DNA from: Candidatus Pacearchaeota archaeon
GTDB taxonomy: Archaea > Nanobdellota > Nanobdellia > Pacearchaeales > GW2011-AR1
NCBI GenBank assembly: GCA_038740375.1
Contig: JAVYLW010000004.1
Coordinates: forward strand, 28,067 to 92,066
DNA: 64,000 bases
Direction of reading: 5' to 3'
Positions 34,974-44,743 of this stretch are shown here, one piece after another (the first letter of the stretch is position 1; each line of letters begins with the position of its first letter). Below the pieces are notes generated by a model. The model saw only the letters and a program-made list of their open reading frames with translations. It had not been told where the DNA came from and searched no databases. Both the position numbers and the translations under genes were made by a program.

Positions 34974-36932
34974 TTATAAAATTTCTATATCTCCTATTCT
35001 CTTTTTTAGTTCTTTGATTTTATCCCTGATTTCTATTGCTCTTTCAAATTCAAGATTTTCTGCAGCATCCTCCATTTCTTTTGTTAATTCAATAATCAAA
35101 TTTGGAATTTCTGATTTTGGGATATTTTTTGTATCTTTTATTGTAACTGCTATTGCAAGTTCTTTTATTGGTTTTATTATTTTTTTAGGAATTATTTTAT
35201 TTTTTTTATTATATTCTATTTGAATATTTCTTCTTCTGTTTGTTTCTGTTATAGCGTTTTTAATTGATTCTGTGATTACGTCTGCATAAAGAACGACTTT
35301 AGAATTTATATTTCTAGCTGCTCTTCCAATTATTTGAATTAAGCTTCTTGTGTCTCTTAAAAAACCTTCTTTATCTGCATCTAAAATTCCTATAAAACCA
35401 ACTTCAGGAATGTCTAAACCTTCTCTTAGAAGATTAATTCCTATTAAACAATCAAATTTTCCTAATCTTAATTGTCTTATAAGTTCTGTTCTTTCCAGAG
35501 TTTTTATTTCAGAATGAAGATATCTGCATTTTATTCCTTTAGAAGCTAAAAAATCATTTAGTTCTTCTGCTAATTTTTTAGTTAATGTTGTTATTAAAAT
35601 TCTGTCACCCTTTTTTATTGTTTCATTAATCTCATTTAATAAATCTTCTATTTGATTCTTTGAAGGTTTAACTTCTACTAAAGGATCAATTAAACCTGTG
35701 GGTCTTATTATTTGTTCAACTAAATCTTCTGAATTTTTTATTTCATATTCTGCAGGCGTTGCTGATACATACATCACACAATTATTTTTTAGATATTCTT
35801 CAACTTCTTCAAATTTTAAAGGTCTATTATCATAAGCGCTTGTTAGCCTAAAACCATAATCAATAAGTGCTTTTTTTCTTGTTTTATCTCCATTATACAT
35901 AGCATTTAATTGAGGAATTGTTTGATGAGATTCATCAATAATTATCAAGAAATCCTTTGGAAAATAATCTAAAAGACAATAAGGTTTTTCTCCAGGCTTT
36001 CTTTTATCAAAATGTCTAGAGTAATTCTCTATTCCTTTACAATATCCTGTTTCTCTAATCATTTCTATATCATGCATTGTTCTTTGTTTTAATCTGTGAG
36101 CTTCTATTAATCCAAGATTTTTAATATCTTTTTCTAATTGAATTTCTATATCTTTTAGAACATCTTCCACATCGTTTTCAGGAATTATAAAATGCTTTGC
36201 AGGATATATATAAAAATAATCTATTTTTTCTAAAATTTTTCCAGTATTTTTTTCTATTTCATAAATTCTTTCTATAAGATTGCCAAACATTTCTATTCTT
36301 ATGATATTATTATAGTAACCTGGAATTAAGTCAATTGTTTCACCTTTTACTCTAAATCTTCCACTCATTAACTCTAAGTCATTTCTTTCAAATTGAATAT
36401 TAACTAGTTTCTTCAAAAGATCTTTTCTTTCAATTTTTTGATTAACTTTTATTTCAAAACCAAGTTCTTTGAAATTTTCTGGTTTTCCAAGTCCATAAAT
36501 ACATGATACAGAAGCAACAATTATTGTGTCATTTCTTGAAGTAATGGAAGCTGTTGCAGATAATCTCATTTGTTCTATTTTTGGATTTATAGAAGCGTCT
36601 TTTTCAATATACTGGTCTTTTTGAGGAATATAAGATTCTGGTTGATAATAATCATAATATGAAATAAAATATTCAACTTTATTTTTTGGAAAAAATTCTT
36701 TCATTTCTTCATAAATCTGTGCTGCAAGAGTTTTATTATGGCTTATAATGAGAGTTGGTTTATTTAAAGCTTGAATAACATGAGCCATTGTAAATGTCTT
36801 TCCTGAACCAGTAACTCCAAGCAATACTTGAGATTTTTTTCCAGATTTAAAATTTTCAATTAATTTCTTTATTGCAATTGGTTGACTTCCTGCAGGTTTA
36901 AATTTAGAGATGAGTTGAAATTTGTTTTGCAT
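34974..36932 (-). CDS. uvrB: Excinuclease ABC subunit B
   Basis: 652 aa. GVTGSGKTFTMA, DYYQPE, IIIDESHQT, helicase motifs and a C-terminal UVR domain (AAENLEFERAIEIRDKIKEL) are present. Confidence 0.95.
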   Translation of the reverse strand: MQNKFQLISKFKPAGSQPIAIKKLIENFKSGKKSQVLLGVTGSGKTFTMAHVIQALNKPTLIISHNKTLAAQIYEEMKEFFPKNKVEYFISYYDYYQPESYIPQKDQYIEKDASINPKIEQMRLSATASITSRNDTIIVASVSCIYGLGKPENFKELGFEIKVNQKIERKDLLKKLVNIQFERNDLELMSGRFRVKGETIDLIPGYYNNIIRIEMFGNLIERIYEIEKNTGKILEKIDYFYIYPAKHFIIPENDVEDVLKDIEIQLEKDIKNLGLIEAHRLKQRTMHDIEMIRETGYCKGIENYSRHFDKRKPGEKPYCLLDYFPKDFLIIIDESHQTIPQLNAMYNGDKTRKKALIDYGFRLTSAYDNRPLKFEEVEEYLKNNCVMYVSATPAEYEIKNSEDLVEQIIRPTGLIDPLVEVKPSKNQIEDLLNEINETIKKGDRILITTLTKKLAEELNDFLASKGIKCRYLHSEIKTLERTELIRQLRLGKFDCLIGINLLREGLDIPEVGFIGILDADKEGFLRDTRSLIQIIGRAARNINSKVVLYADVITESIKNAITETNRRRNIQIEYNKKNKIIPKKIIKPIKELAIAVTIKDTKNIPKSEIPNLIIELTKEMEDAAENLEFERAIEIRDKIKELKKRIGDIEIL

Positions 36933-37053
36933 GGAAAAAATATTATACTAAGATTTATAAAACTTAGTTATTTTCTGAAAAATTTTTATTAAAAATATCT
37001 AAATATATTTTTTTAAATTTAATTTATTAATCAAAATATTAAAAATCAATATT

Positions 37054-37659
37054 TTAAATAGAGTCTATTTCTTCTAATGTGGGGATTATATCTTGAAATT
37101 TTGATATTATTTTAAATGGATTTCCAATATACAGTCTTTCTTTTTCATGATATCCGAAGTCTACTGCAATCGTTCTTATATTAAGTTTATTTGCTTCTAA
37201 AATATCTCCTAACGTGTCTGTAATAAATACTATTTCATTTGATGATACATTATAATCTTGCATAACTATTTTAAATTTTTCAATTTTTGATTTGTGAATA
37301 TCAGATCCATAAACAAAGGAAAAAACATTTATTCTATTATTTTTTATATAAGTATTTATTCCTTTACTTTTTCCAGAAGAGATTATTCCAAGAATATATT
37401 CTTTTGATAATTTAATAAGCTCTTCTCTAATTTCAGGCTTTATTATTAATTTTTCCCTTAGATTATCCATACTTTCAGAAACATCAAAACCAGTATCTCT
37501 ATGTCTTAATTTTTCTTTTTGTTCATGAAGATTACCATCGTATAATTTTTTGTGTTCTTCTTTTGTTAAACCTAAAAATTGTTTTTGAAATAATTCAAAA
37601 TTTTGTTCATATGTGTCTTCTATTACACCATCATAATCAAAAACAATTACCTTTATCAT
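37054..37659 (-). CDS. HAD-superfamily hydrolase (phosphatase-like)
   Basis: 201 aa. HAD motif I is VIVFDYDGVIEDT, motif II is GIISSG and motif IV is FITDTLGD. It lies between uvrC and uvrB. Confidence 0.75.
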   Translation of the reverse strand: MIKVIVFDYDGVIEDTYEQNFELFQKQFLGLTKEEHKKLYDGNLHEQKEKLRHRDTGFDVSESMDNLREKLIIKPEIREELIKLSKEYILGIISSGKSKGINTYIKNNRINVFSFVYGSDIHKSKIEKFKIVMQDYNVSSNEIVFITDTLGDILEANKLNIRTIAVDFGYHEKERLYIGNPFKIISKFQDIIPTLEEIDSI

Positions 37660-37910
37660 ATTAAATATCTTTACTTAATTTTACTAAACTTATATTTTAA
37701 TTTGATTATTTAAATCTGTTAAATGAGGTTTAAGATATCCTATTCTTTATCTCTGTAAATAGTCTATAAATAGTCTACAAATAGAGACTTATTTAAATAA
37801 TTTTTCATTAACATTTAAAATAAATCAAAAAAATGGTATAATTTTTTAATGGTTTAGATAACTTTTTATATGTACTTTTTTCAAATAATATTTATTCTAA
37901 ATCTAAAAAA

Positions 37911-39482
37911 TTAATTTTTTTCAAAGAGGCTTTTTTTCCTTAAAAGTTTGTTATAATATATTGCAAACCTATGCGCTTCATCTCTTATTTTTTGTATTAA
38001 TTGTAATGCGATATTCTTTTTTTCTAATTTTAAAGGTTCATTTATATTAGGAAGATAAATCTCTTCAAATTCTTTTGAAATTGATATAACAGGTATATTT
38101 AAGTTCAATTTTTTTAAAGCTTTTAATGCACTATTTAATTGACCTCTGCCTCCGTCTATTATTATTAAGTTTGGAAGGTTCAGTTTTTCTTTTTTGATTC
38201 TATAATATCTTCTAAAAACTATTTCTTCTATTGCTGCAAAATCGTCAATTTGATTAACTGATTTTATCTTGAATCTTCTATAATTAGATTTATCAGGAAT
38301 ACCATTTCTAAACTGAACCATTGAGCCTGTTTGTAAGGTTCCTGATAAATGAGACACATCAAAACATTCAATAACTCGCGGAGTCTCTTCTAAGTTAAGT
38401 TCTTTTTTTAAAGCTTCTAATTTTTCAGTATCACTAAAAAAAACTATTTCTATATTTTTCAAAACTAAATCTAACAAAATTTTTTTATCTCCAATATCTG
38501 GGACAGTTATTTTAACTTTTTTCCCTCTTTTATAACTTAGATATGTTTTCATAGACTCATCTATATGATGAGGAAGAATAATCTCTTTTGGAATAGGATT
38601 TTCTGAGTAATATTGAAGAAGAAATTCTTCAAAAAAATCTTCTGTTTTTTCAAAAACAAATTCTTGCTTATTATTTAATGTTCCTTTATAAATATTAAAT
38701 AACAAAAGATAAACTAAATTATCTTTTATTACATAATTAATTATGTCTTCATTATATTTTTTTTGTCGCTCAACTCTTTGTCTTTCTTTTAAATATTCTA
38801 AAGACTGAATAACGTTTCTTATTTCTAACGCTTTTTCAAAATTTTGAGACTTAGACTCTTTTTTCATTTTTTCATTTAAAAATTTAATTATTCTTTTTAT
38901 TTTTCCTTTTAAAACTGACTCTACGAGTTTTATTTTTTTACTATATTTTTCTTTTGAGATATTGCCTATGCAGGGAGCTTCACAAAGATTTATCGAATAT
39001 CTCAAACATGGTTTTTTTGGAAATTTTTTGCATGTTCTTATTTTAAAAATTCTTGTTAAAGTTTCTAAGATATAATCTCTTTTTTCAGCAGATGTAAAAG
39101 GACCGAAATATTTTCCTTCTTCTTTTTTTTGTCTTGCTATTAATAATCTTGGAAAATCTTCATTTGTTAACTCTAAATAAGCATATCTTTTTGAATCTTT
39201 TAAATTGATATTATATTTTGGAGAATGTTTTTTAATAAGATTATTTTCTAAAATTAAAGATTCTTTTTCTGATTCTGTTACTATAAAATCTATAGTATCT
39301 ATATTTTTTATTAATGCCTTTGTTTTTGAATCATATTCTTCAAGAGGTTTTTGAAAATAACTTAAAACTCTTTTTTTTAAATCTTTAGCTTTACCAATAT
39401 AAAGAATCTTTCCTTCTTTATCTTTGAAAATATAACATCCTGGAAGATTTGGAAGATTTGAATATTTTATTTCATATTCCAT
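37911..39482 (-). CDS. uvrC: Excinuclease ABC subunit C
   Basis: 523 aa. The GIY-YIG N-terminus is PGCYIFKDKEGKILYIGKAKDLKKR..YF. A UVR domain, the endonuclease V-like region IECFDVSHLSG and LIIIDGGRGQ are present. Confidence 0.9.
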   Translation of the reverse strand: MEYEIKYSNLPNLPGCYIFKDKEGKILYIGKAKDLKKRVLSYFQKPLEEYDSKTKALIKNIDTIDFIVTESEKESLILENNLIKKHSPKYNINLKDSKRYAYLELTNEDFPRLLIARQKKEEGKYFGPFTSAEKRDYILETLTRIFKIRTCKKFPKKPCLRYSINLCEAPCIGNISKEKYSKKIKLVESVLKGKIKRIIKFLNEKMKKESKSQNFEKALEIRNVIQSLEYLKERQRVERQKKYNEDIINYVIKDNLVYLLLFNIYKGTLNNKQEFVFEKTEDFFEEFLLQYYSENPIPKEIILPHHIDESMKTYLSYKRGKKVKITVPDIGDKKILLDLVLKNIEIVFFSDTEKLEALKKELNLEETPRVIECFDVSHLSGTLQTGSMVQFRNGIPDKSNYRRFKIKSVNQIDDFAAIEEIVFRRYYRIKKEKLNLPNLIIIDGGRGQLNSALKALKKLNLNIPVISISKEFEEIYLPNINEPLKLEKKNIALQLIQKIRDEAHRFAIYYNKLLRKKSLFEKN

Positions 39483-39527
39483 AATTTTCGTAATAAAAAT
39501 CTATAATTTTAAAATATGTACATCTTA

Positions 39528-39810
39528 TTAAATCTTTAGCAAAAAATTTAAGCCCTTTAGAGGGTGAATACGAATTGCGTCATGATTAACGCCTCTTCTC
39601 TAAAATATTTATTTTTTATATAATGTTCATATTATGCCTGCGTTGAGAAAGAGATATATAAGAGGTCATTTTTGGAGTGAGGGTACTTTTTGTGTAAGTT
39701 GTATAAACAATTATGAAAGAGTAATGAAATATGTAGAAAAAAGAGGCATATTATAATTTATTTTAAGCTACTAAGGAAGGCTGTTCACTTTAGTTGACAG
39801 AGGATTTCAC
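39528..39810 (+). mobile_element. MITE-like repeat, copy 4 of 4: long variant retaining an IS200/IS605 tnpA relic
   Basis: The left end (TTAAATCTTTAGCAAAAAATTTAAGCCCTTTAGAGGGTGAATACGAATTGCGTCATGATTAA) and right end (ATGAAATATGTAGAA..TAAGCTACTAAGGAAGGCTGTTCACTTTAGTTGACAGAGGATTTCAC) match the short copies. About 125 extra internal nt are missing from the short copies. It fills the uvrC-uvrA spacer and ends 3 nt before the uvrA stop codon. Confidence 0.6.
39634..39756 (+). pseudogene. tnpA: Relic of IS200/IS605-family Y1 transposase (TnpA), C-terminal 40 codons only
   Basis: My own translation: MPALRKRYIRGHFWSEGTFCVSCINNYERVMKYVEKRGIL. This parallels the TnpA C-terminus as I recall it (P.LKKRYWG.HLWS.GYF..TVG....E.I.KYIENQ). 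The short copies keep only the ...MK(Y/F)I(E/D)(N/S)QE... codons. Confidence 0.55.
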
Positions 39811-39813
39811 AAA

Positions 39814-42630
39814 TTATTTATTATTAATTTTTTCCTTTTCCCTGAATAAATGATTCTTTAAATATTGTCCTGTGTATGATTTAGGGTTTTCAATTATTTC
39901 TTCTGGAGTTCCTTCTGCAATAACATATCCTCCTTCATCACCTCCTTCAGGACCTAAATCTATTATATAATCAGAACTTTTTATTACATCTAGATTATGC
40001 TCTATAACTAATATTGTGTTTCCTTTATCCACAAGCTCGTTTAAAACTTTTAATAATTTTTTGATATCATGAAAATGTAATCCTGTTGTTGGCTCATCTA
40101 ATATATATAAAGTCTTTCCTGTTCCTCTTTTTGCAAGCTCTTTAGTGAGTTTTATTCTTTGGGATTCTCCTCCAGATAATGTTGTAGATGACTGCCCTAA
40201 TTTTATATAATCTAAACCTACTTTTTTTAACATCTCAAGTTTTCTTTTAATTGATGAAATATTTTCAAAAAGCTCAATTGCTTGTTCAACAGACATTTCT
40301 AACACATCTGATATAGATTTTCCTTTATACTTAATCTCTAATGTTTCTTTATTATATCTTTTTCCTTTGCATTCTTCGCATTCTATATAAATATCTGGAA
40401 GAAAATTCATTTCTATTTTAATTAAGCCGTCTCCTTGACATCTTTCACATCTTCCTCCATAAACATTGAAAGAAAATCTTCCTGGTGGATATCCTCTTAT
40501 TTTTGCTTCTTTTGTTTGTGAAAAAAGATATCTTATTTCATCAAAAGCTTTAATATATGTTGCAGGATTACTTCTAGGAGTTTTTCCAATCGGAGATTGA
40601 TCGATTATGATAACTTTATCTATTTCGTTATTTAATAATATTTTATCATGTTTTCCAGGAGTTTCTTTAGAATCAAAAAATTGTTTCATAAGTGATTTAT
40701 ATAATATCTCATTAACAAGTGTTGATTTTCCAGAACCTGAAACACCTGTTATACATACAAAGATTCCAGTAGGTATTTTTACGTTTATATTTTTTAAGTT
40801 ATTTTCTTTTGCACCTATTATTTCAATATTTCCTTTTGGGATTCTTCTTGTTTTTGGAATTTCAATCTTATATTTTCCAGAAAGATATTTTCCTGTTAAA
40901 GAACTCTCATTATTTTCTATTTCATTTGGAGATCCTGTTGCTACAATTTTTCCTCCATGTATTCCTGCTCCAGGACCTATATCAATTACATAATCTGCGT
41001 TTCTTATTGTATCTTCATCATGTTCCACTACTATCAAAGTATTTCCTAAATTTCTTAATGTATGCAATGTTTCTATTAATTTGTGATTATCTCTTTGATG
41101 AAGACCTATAGAAGGTTCATCTAAAATATATAAAACACCAGTTAATCCAGAACCTATTTGAGTTGCTAGTCTTATTCTTTGAGATTCTCCTCCTGACAAA
41201 GTTCCAGAGTTCCTGCTTAAAGTCAAATATGATAATCCTACTTTATCTAAGAAAGTTAATCTCGACTTTATTTCTTTTAATATTTGTTTTGCAATTTCAA
41301 ATTCTCTTTCTTCAAGTTTTAAATTATCAAAAAATTCAATCAAACTTTTTATAGACAATTCTGTTAAATCAATAATTGATTTATCTTTTATTAAAACAGA
41401 CAATACCTTATCTTTTAATCTTTTTCCATTACATTTTTGGCAAATAGATTCTGACATATATTTTTCAAGTTCTTTTTTTCTATATTCAGATTCTGTTTGT
41501 TTATATAATCTTTCTGATTGAGGTATAATTCCTTCCCAACCTTTGTCAAAATTAAAAAAAGAACCTGTATTTTTAATAGGCTCTTCACTTCCATACATTA
41601 ATATATTAAATTGTTTTTTGGTAAAATCTTTTATTGGAGTATAAAGTTTGAAACCATATTTTTTTCCAACAATTTTTAATTGTTCCGATCTCCAAGAATA
41701 ATCCATTTTTCCATAGACTTTTATAGCACCTTCCATTATGCTTTTTGATTTATCTGGAATAATTAAATCCGGATCAAACTCGATTTTAACACCAAGACCA
41801 TGACATTCTTCACATGCTCCAAAAGGGCTATTAAAGGAAAACATTCTTGGCTGAAGCTCTTCAAAAGAAATTCCACAAATTGGACATGACATTGATGCAG
41901 AATATATCTTTTCAGTATTATTTTCATCTAAAACAATCACTAGTTTATCTTCTGATTTTTTTATAGAGTTTTCTACTGCTTCTGTTAATCGTGATATATC
42001 CTCTGTATTTAATCTGTCTATGACAATTTCTATATCATGTTTTTTATATCTATCTAATTTAATTATTTCATCAGTTCTATAAAAAATCTTATTGATTCTT
42101 ACTCTTGTAAAACCTTCTTTATTTAAATCTGAAATCTTTTTTTCATAGGTTCCTTTTTTTGCTCTTATAATTGGAGACAATATTGTAATCTCTTTTGATT
42201 TAAAATCCTCCTGAATTCTTTTGCTGATTTTTTCAGGTGATTGACCTTGTATTTTTATTTTGTGTTCAGGACAATAAGGTATTCCTATACGCGCATAAAG
42301 TAATCTTAAATAATCATAAATTTCAGTAACGGTTCCAACTGTTGATCTCGGATTTTTTGAAGCTCCTTTTTGTTCAATTGATATAGCAGGAGACAATCCT
42401 TCAATAGAATCAACATCAGGTTTGTTTAATTGCCCTAAAAATTGTCTTGCATATGCAGATAATGATTCTACATATCTTCTTTGACCTTCTGCATATAAAG
42501 TATCAAATGCAAGTGTTGATTTTCCAGAACCTGAAACACCTGTTAAAACTATAAATTTATTTCTTGGTATTACTAAATCTATATTTTTTAAGTTATGTTC
42601 TCTTGCACCTTTTATTATTATTTTATCCAT
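39814..42630 (-). CDS. uvrA: Excinuclease ABC subunit A
   Basis: 938 aa with duplicated ABC ATPase modules: GVSGSGKSTLAFDTLYAEGQRRY and ITGVSGSGKSTLVNE. Signature motifs LSGGESQRIRLA and LSGGESQRIKL and zinc-finger Cys clusters are present. Confidence 0.95.
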   Translation of the reverse strand: MDKIIIKGAREHNLKNIDLVIPRNKFIVLTGVSGSGKSTLAFDTLYAEGQRRYVESLSAYARQFLGQLNKPDVDSIEGLSPAISIEQKGASKNPRSTVGTVTEIYDYLRLLYARIGIPYCPEHKIKIQGQSPEKISKRIQEDFKSKEITILSPIIRAKKGTYEKKISDLNKEGFTRVRINKIFYRTDEIIKLDRYKKHDIEIVIDRLNTEDISRLTEAVENSIKKSEDKLVIVLDENNTEKIYSASMSCPICGISFEELQPRMFSFNSPFGACEECHGLGVKIEFDPDLIIPDKSKSIMEGAIKVYGKMDYSWRSEQLKIVGKKYGFKLYTPIKDFTKKQFNILMYGSEEPIKNTGSFFNFDKGWEGIIPQSERLYKQTESEYRKKELEKYMSESICQKCNGKRLKDKVLSVLIKDKSIIDLTELSIKSLIEFFDNLKLEEREFEIAKQILKEIKSRLTFLDKVGLSYLTLSRNSGTLSGGESQRIRLATQIGSGLTGVLYILDEPSIGLHQRDNHKLIETLHTLRNLGNTLIVVEHDEDTIRNADYVIDIGPGAGIHGGKIVATGSPNEIENNESSLTGKYLSGKYKIEIPKTRRIPKGNIEIIGAKENNLKNINVKIPTGIFVCITGVSGSGKSTLVNEILYKSLMKQFFDSKETPGKHDKILLNNEIDKVIIIDQSPIGKTPRSNPATYIKAFDEIRYLFSQTKEAKIRGYPPGRFSFNVYGGRCERCQGDGLIKIEMNFLPDIYIECEECKGKRYNKETLEIKYKGKSISDVLEMSVEQAIELFENISSIKRKLEMLKKVGLDYIKLGQSSTTLSGGESQRIKLTKELAKRGTGKTLYILDEPTTGLHFHDIKKLLKVLNELVDKGNTILVIEHNLDVIKSSDYIIDLGPEGGDEGGYVIAEGTPEEIIENPKSYTGQYLKNHLFREKEKINNK

Positions 42631-42806
42631 AGACTTATTTCTTTAAAAACCTAAAAATTAATTTTTTCTATATTTAACTTTTAATAATCGTTTTATTATT
42701 TTTATTTAAATAATAATTTTAAAAAATAAAAGTATTACAGATATAAATAATCTTTTTTATAGTAATAATTCTGATAAGTCTTAATTTATAAAATTAATTA
42801 TTTTAA

Positions 42807-42877
42807 GTGGGCGTGGAGAGAATCGAACTCTCAATTTTCGGTCTGGAGCCGAAAGGTTTACCATTAGCCTACACACC
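42807..42877 (-). tRNA. tRNA-Trp (anticodon CCA)
   Basis: 71 nt on the minus strand: GGGTGTGTAGGCTAATGGTAAACCTTTCGGCTCCAGACCGAAAATTGAGAGTTCGATTCTCTCCACGCCCA. The anticodon arm is TTCGG-CTCCAGA-CCGAA and the T arm is GAGAG-TTCGATT-CTCTC. Confidence 0.85.
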
Positions 42878-42922
42878 CTTAAATATTTCAGAAATTTAAG
42901 GTTTTTAAAACCTTTTTATTCC

Positions 42923-43594
42923 TTACATTTTTTTCATTTGTTCAATTTCTATTTCTGAAATTGAACATCCGTGTAATTTTAAAGCCCAGAGAGCTGCATC
43001 TAATGTTCTTGTGTCTTTAATCTCAAAAAAACCTTTTTTGTAAGATATATATGCAAGTTCAGTTGAACGGATTATTTTAAATCTTTTAAAAAATTCATAG
43101 TTTTCTTTTCTTGCCATAATTTTTGTATGAAACTTATTTTCCAACAATTTCTTTAAATTTTCAGGAGATTCGCATAACATTCTCGTTGTTCGTTCATCAA
43201 CTGCTATAATATTTGGTTCTTTTATTATAACAGATAAAGCTAAAGCTGCACATTCACCTTTTTCTAGCAAAGGTATATTATTTTTGTTTGTATAAAAAGT
43301 TGAATTTGCTAAGTTCATTATTTCTTCTCTTATTTTTCTAAGCTCATTAATTTGTTCATCTGTTAAATTAGCGTGTTTTATTATTCCTTTGTTAAAAATA
43401 TCTTGTAATTGCAAAGCTTCATATTCGTATTTTTTTAAGGTAATTGGATAATCAATTATTTCTTGCTTAACTTCTTTTGTTATAAGAAACTCTACTGAAA
43501 AGGACTCTTTTATTTTTATTAAAATTCCTAGCATATTATTCATTGCAAAGTTTATCAAAGGTCCTGAATCAAAAATAATATATTTTCCTGCCAT
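42923..43594 (-). CDS. PIN-like domain protein (predicted nuclease), larger than typical VapC
   Basis: 223 aa. Candidate acidic catalytic positions have PIN-like spacing: IIFDSGPLINF, ITKEVKQEI, EKGECAALAL and IAVDERTTRM. It starts 10 nt downstream of the HTH protein gene. Confidence 0.4.
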   Translation of the reverse strand: MAGKYIIFDSGPLINFAMNNMLGILIKIKESFSVEFLITKEVKQEIIDYPITLKKYEYEALQLQDIFNKGIIKHANLTDEQINELRKIREEIMNLANSTFYTNKNNIPLLEKGECAALALSVIIKEPNIIAVDERTTRMLCESPENLKKLLENKFHTKIMARKENYEFFKRFKIIRSTELAYISYKKGFFEIKDTRTLDAALWALKLHGCSISEIEIEQMKKM

Positions 43595-43604
43595 TTTTTA
43601 ACTA

Positions 43605-44171
43605 TTATCTTTTACTCAAAAAATCCTCCAATAATTTGATTCTGTCTTTTATACTCATTGTTATTGAAATATTTGATTCTGGAACTTTCTTTTGTCCTGC
43701 ATATTCAGCTAATTCCCATATGCTAATACCTAAAATTTTTGCTGTTTTTGACATTGAAATTCCATGTTCATAAATTTTTGATGCTTTGTTAATTTTAGCT
43801 TTTCTAAAAACATCTGAAATAAAATTTTTTAATTCTCCTGAAAGTTTTTCAATTAATCTATTAACATTGGATATTTCTTGAGTATATAATCTTAAATTAT
43901 CTTTTTCCAAAGCTCTGATTATTCTGTCAATTGCATTTATGTAATCTTTATAAAATTCATTCCAATTAGAATATTTTTGATAATAATTTCTTTCAATAAG
44001 TTTACTTAATGAATATATTATTACTGCTGTAAAAATTATATTAGGATCTTGTTCTATTGAAGAAGAATGAACAACCTGATTACTTAAATTTTTAATTTTA
44101 ACATAATCTTTTTTTCTTAAAGCATTTTTAACTTGTTTTAATATTTCTAAGATATGCTCTTTTTCTTCCAT
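43605..44171 (-). CDS. Helical protein with C-terminal helix-turn-helix (putative regulator or antitoxin-like partner of the PIN-like ORF)
   Basis: 188 aa. The HTH-like segment is GISMSKTAKILGISIWELAEYAG. It forms an operon with 42923-43594. Confidence 0.4.
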   Translation of the reverse strand: MEEKEHILEILKQVKNALRKKDYVKIKNLSNQVVHSSSIEQDPNIIFTAVIIYSLSKLIERNYYQKYSNWNEFYKDYINAIDRIIRALEKDNLRLYTQEISNVNRLIEKLSGELKNFISDVFRKAKINKASKIYEHGISMSKTAKILGISIWELAEYAGQKKVPESNISITMSIKDRIKLLEDFLSKR

Positions 44172-44353
44172 TATAAAAAAAAGAATATGTCATTTAAATA
44201 TATTCTTATTATAATTTTGAAAAAATCCTTAAAAAATAATTTAGAGTTTTCTAGATTTAAAAATAAATTATCATTTAAGATTTACAATTTTTTTATATGA
44301 CTTTTTTTATATTTCTTGCATAGTTATTTAAATTAAATATTTTTATTTTATTT

Positions 44354-44743
44354 ATGATAAATGTGATACTTGATACAAACTTTCTGATATATTGTGCTAA
44401 AAATAAACTAGACTATAAAGAAGAAATTTCTAGTCTGTTAAACGAAGATTTTAAATTAGTTACACCTAAACAAGTTGTTGATGAATTAAAGAAATTAATG
44501 AATGATAGATATGGCAAGGTTTCATTTAAGGATAAAAGTGCATGCAAGCTTGCATTACAGCTATTAGAGTTTTATAATGTCAAAATAATAAATGTTTCAG
44601 GAAAAAACGTAGATAATGCAATTTTAAAATTAGCTTTTGAAAATAATAAAAATATTGTTGCAACATTGGATAAAGAAATGAGAAATAAACTTCCACGAGT
44701 TATTTTAATAAATAAATATAAAAAATTGATACTTGCTAAATAA
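44354..44743 (+). CDS. Fcf1/Utp24-like PIN-domain endoribonuclease homologue
   Basis: 129 aa. VILDTNFLIYCAKNKLD, VTPKQVVDELKKL and IVATLDKEMRNKL fit the archaeal Fcf1-type PIN pattern. Confidence 0.6.
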   Translation: MINVILDTNFLIYCAKNKLDYKEEISSLLNEDFKLVTPKQVVDELKKLMNDRYGKVSFKDKSACKLALQLLEFYNVKIINVSGKNVDNAILKLAFENNKNIVATLDKEMRNKLPRVILINKYKKLILAK

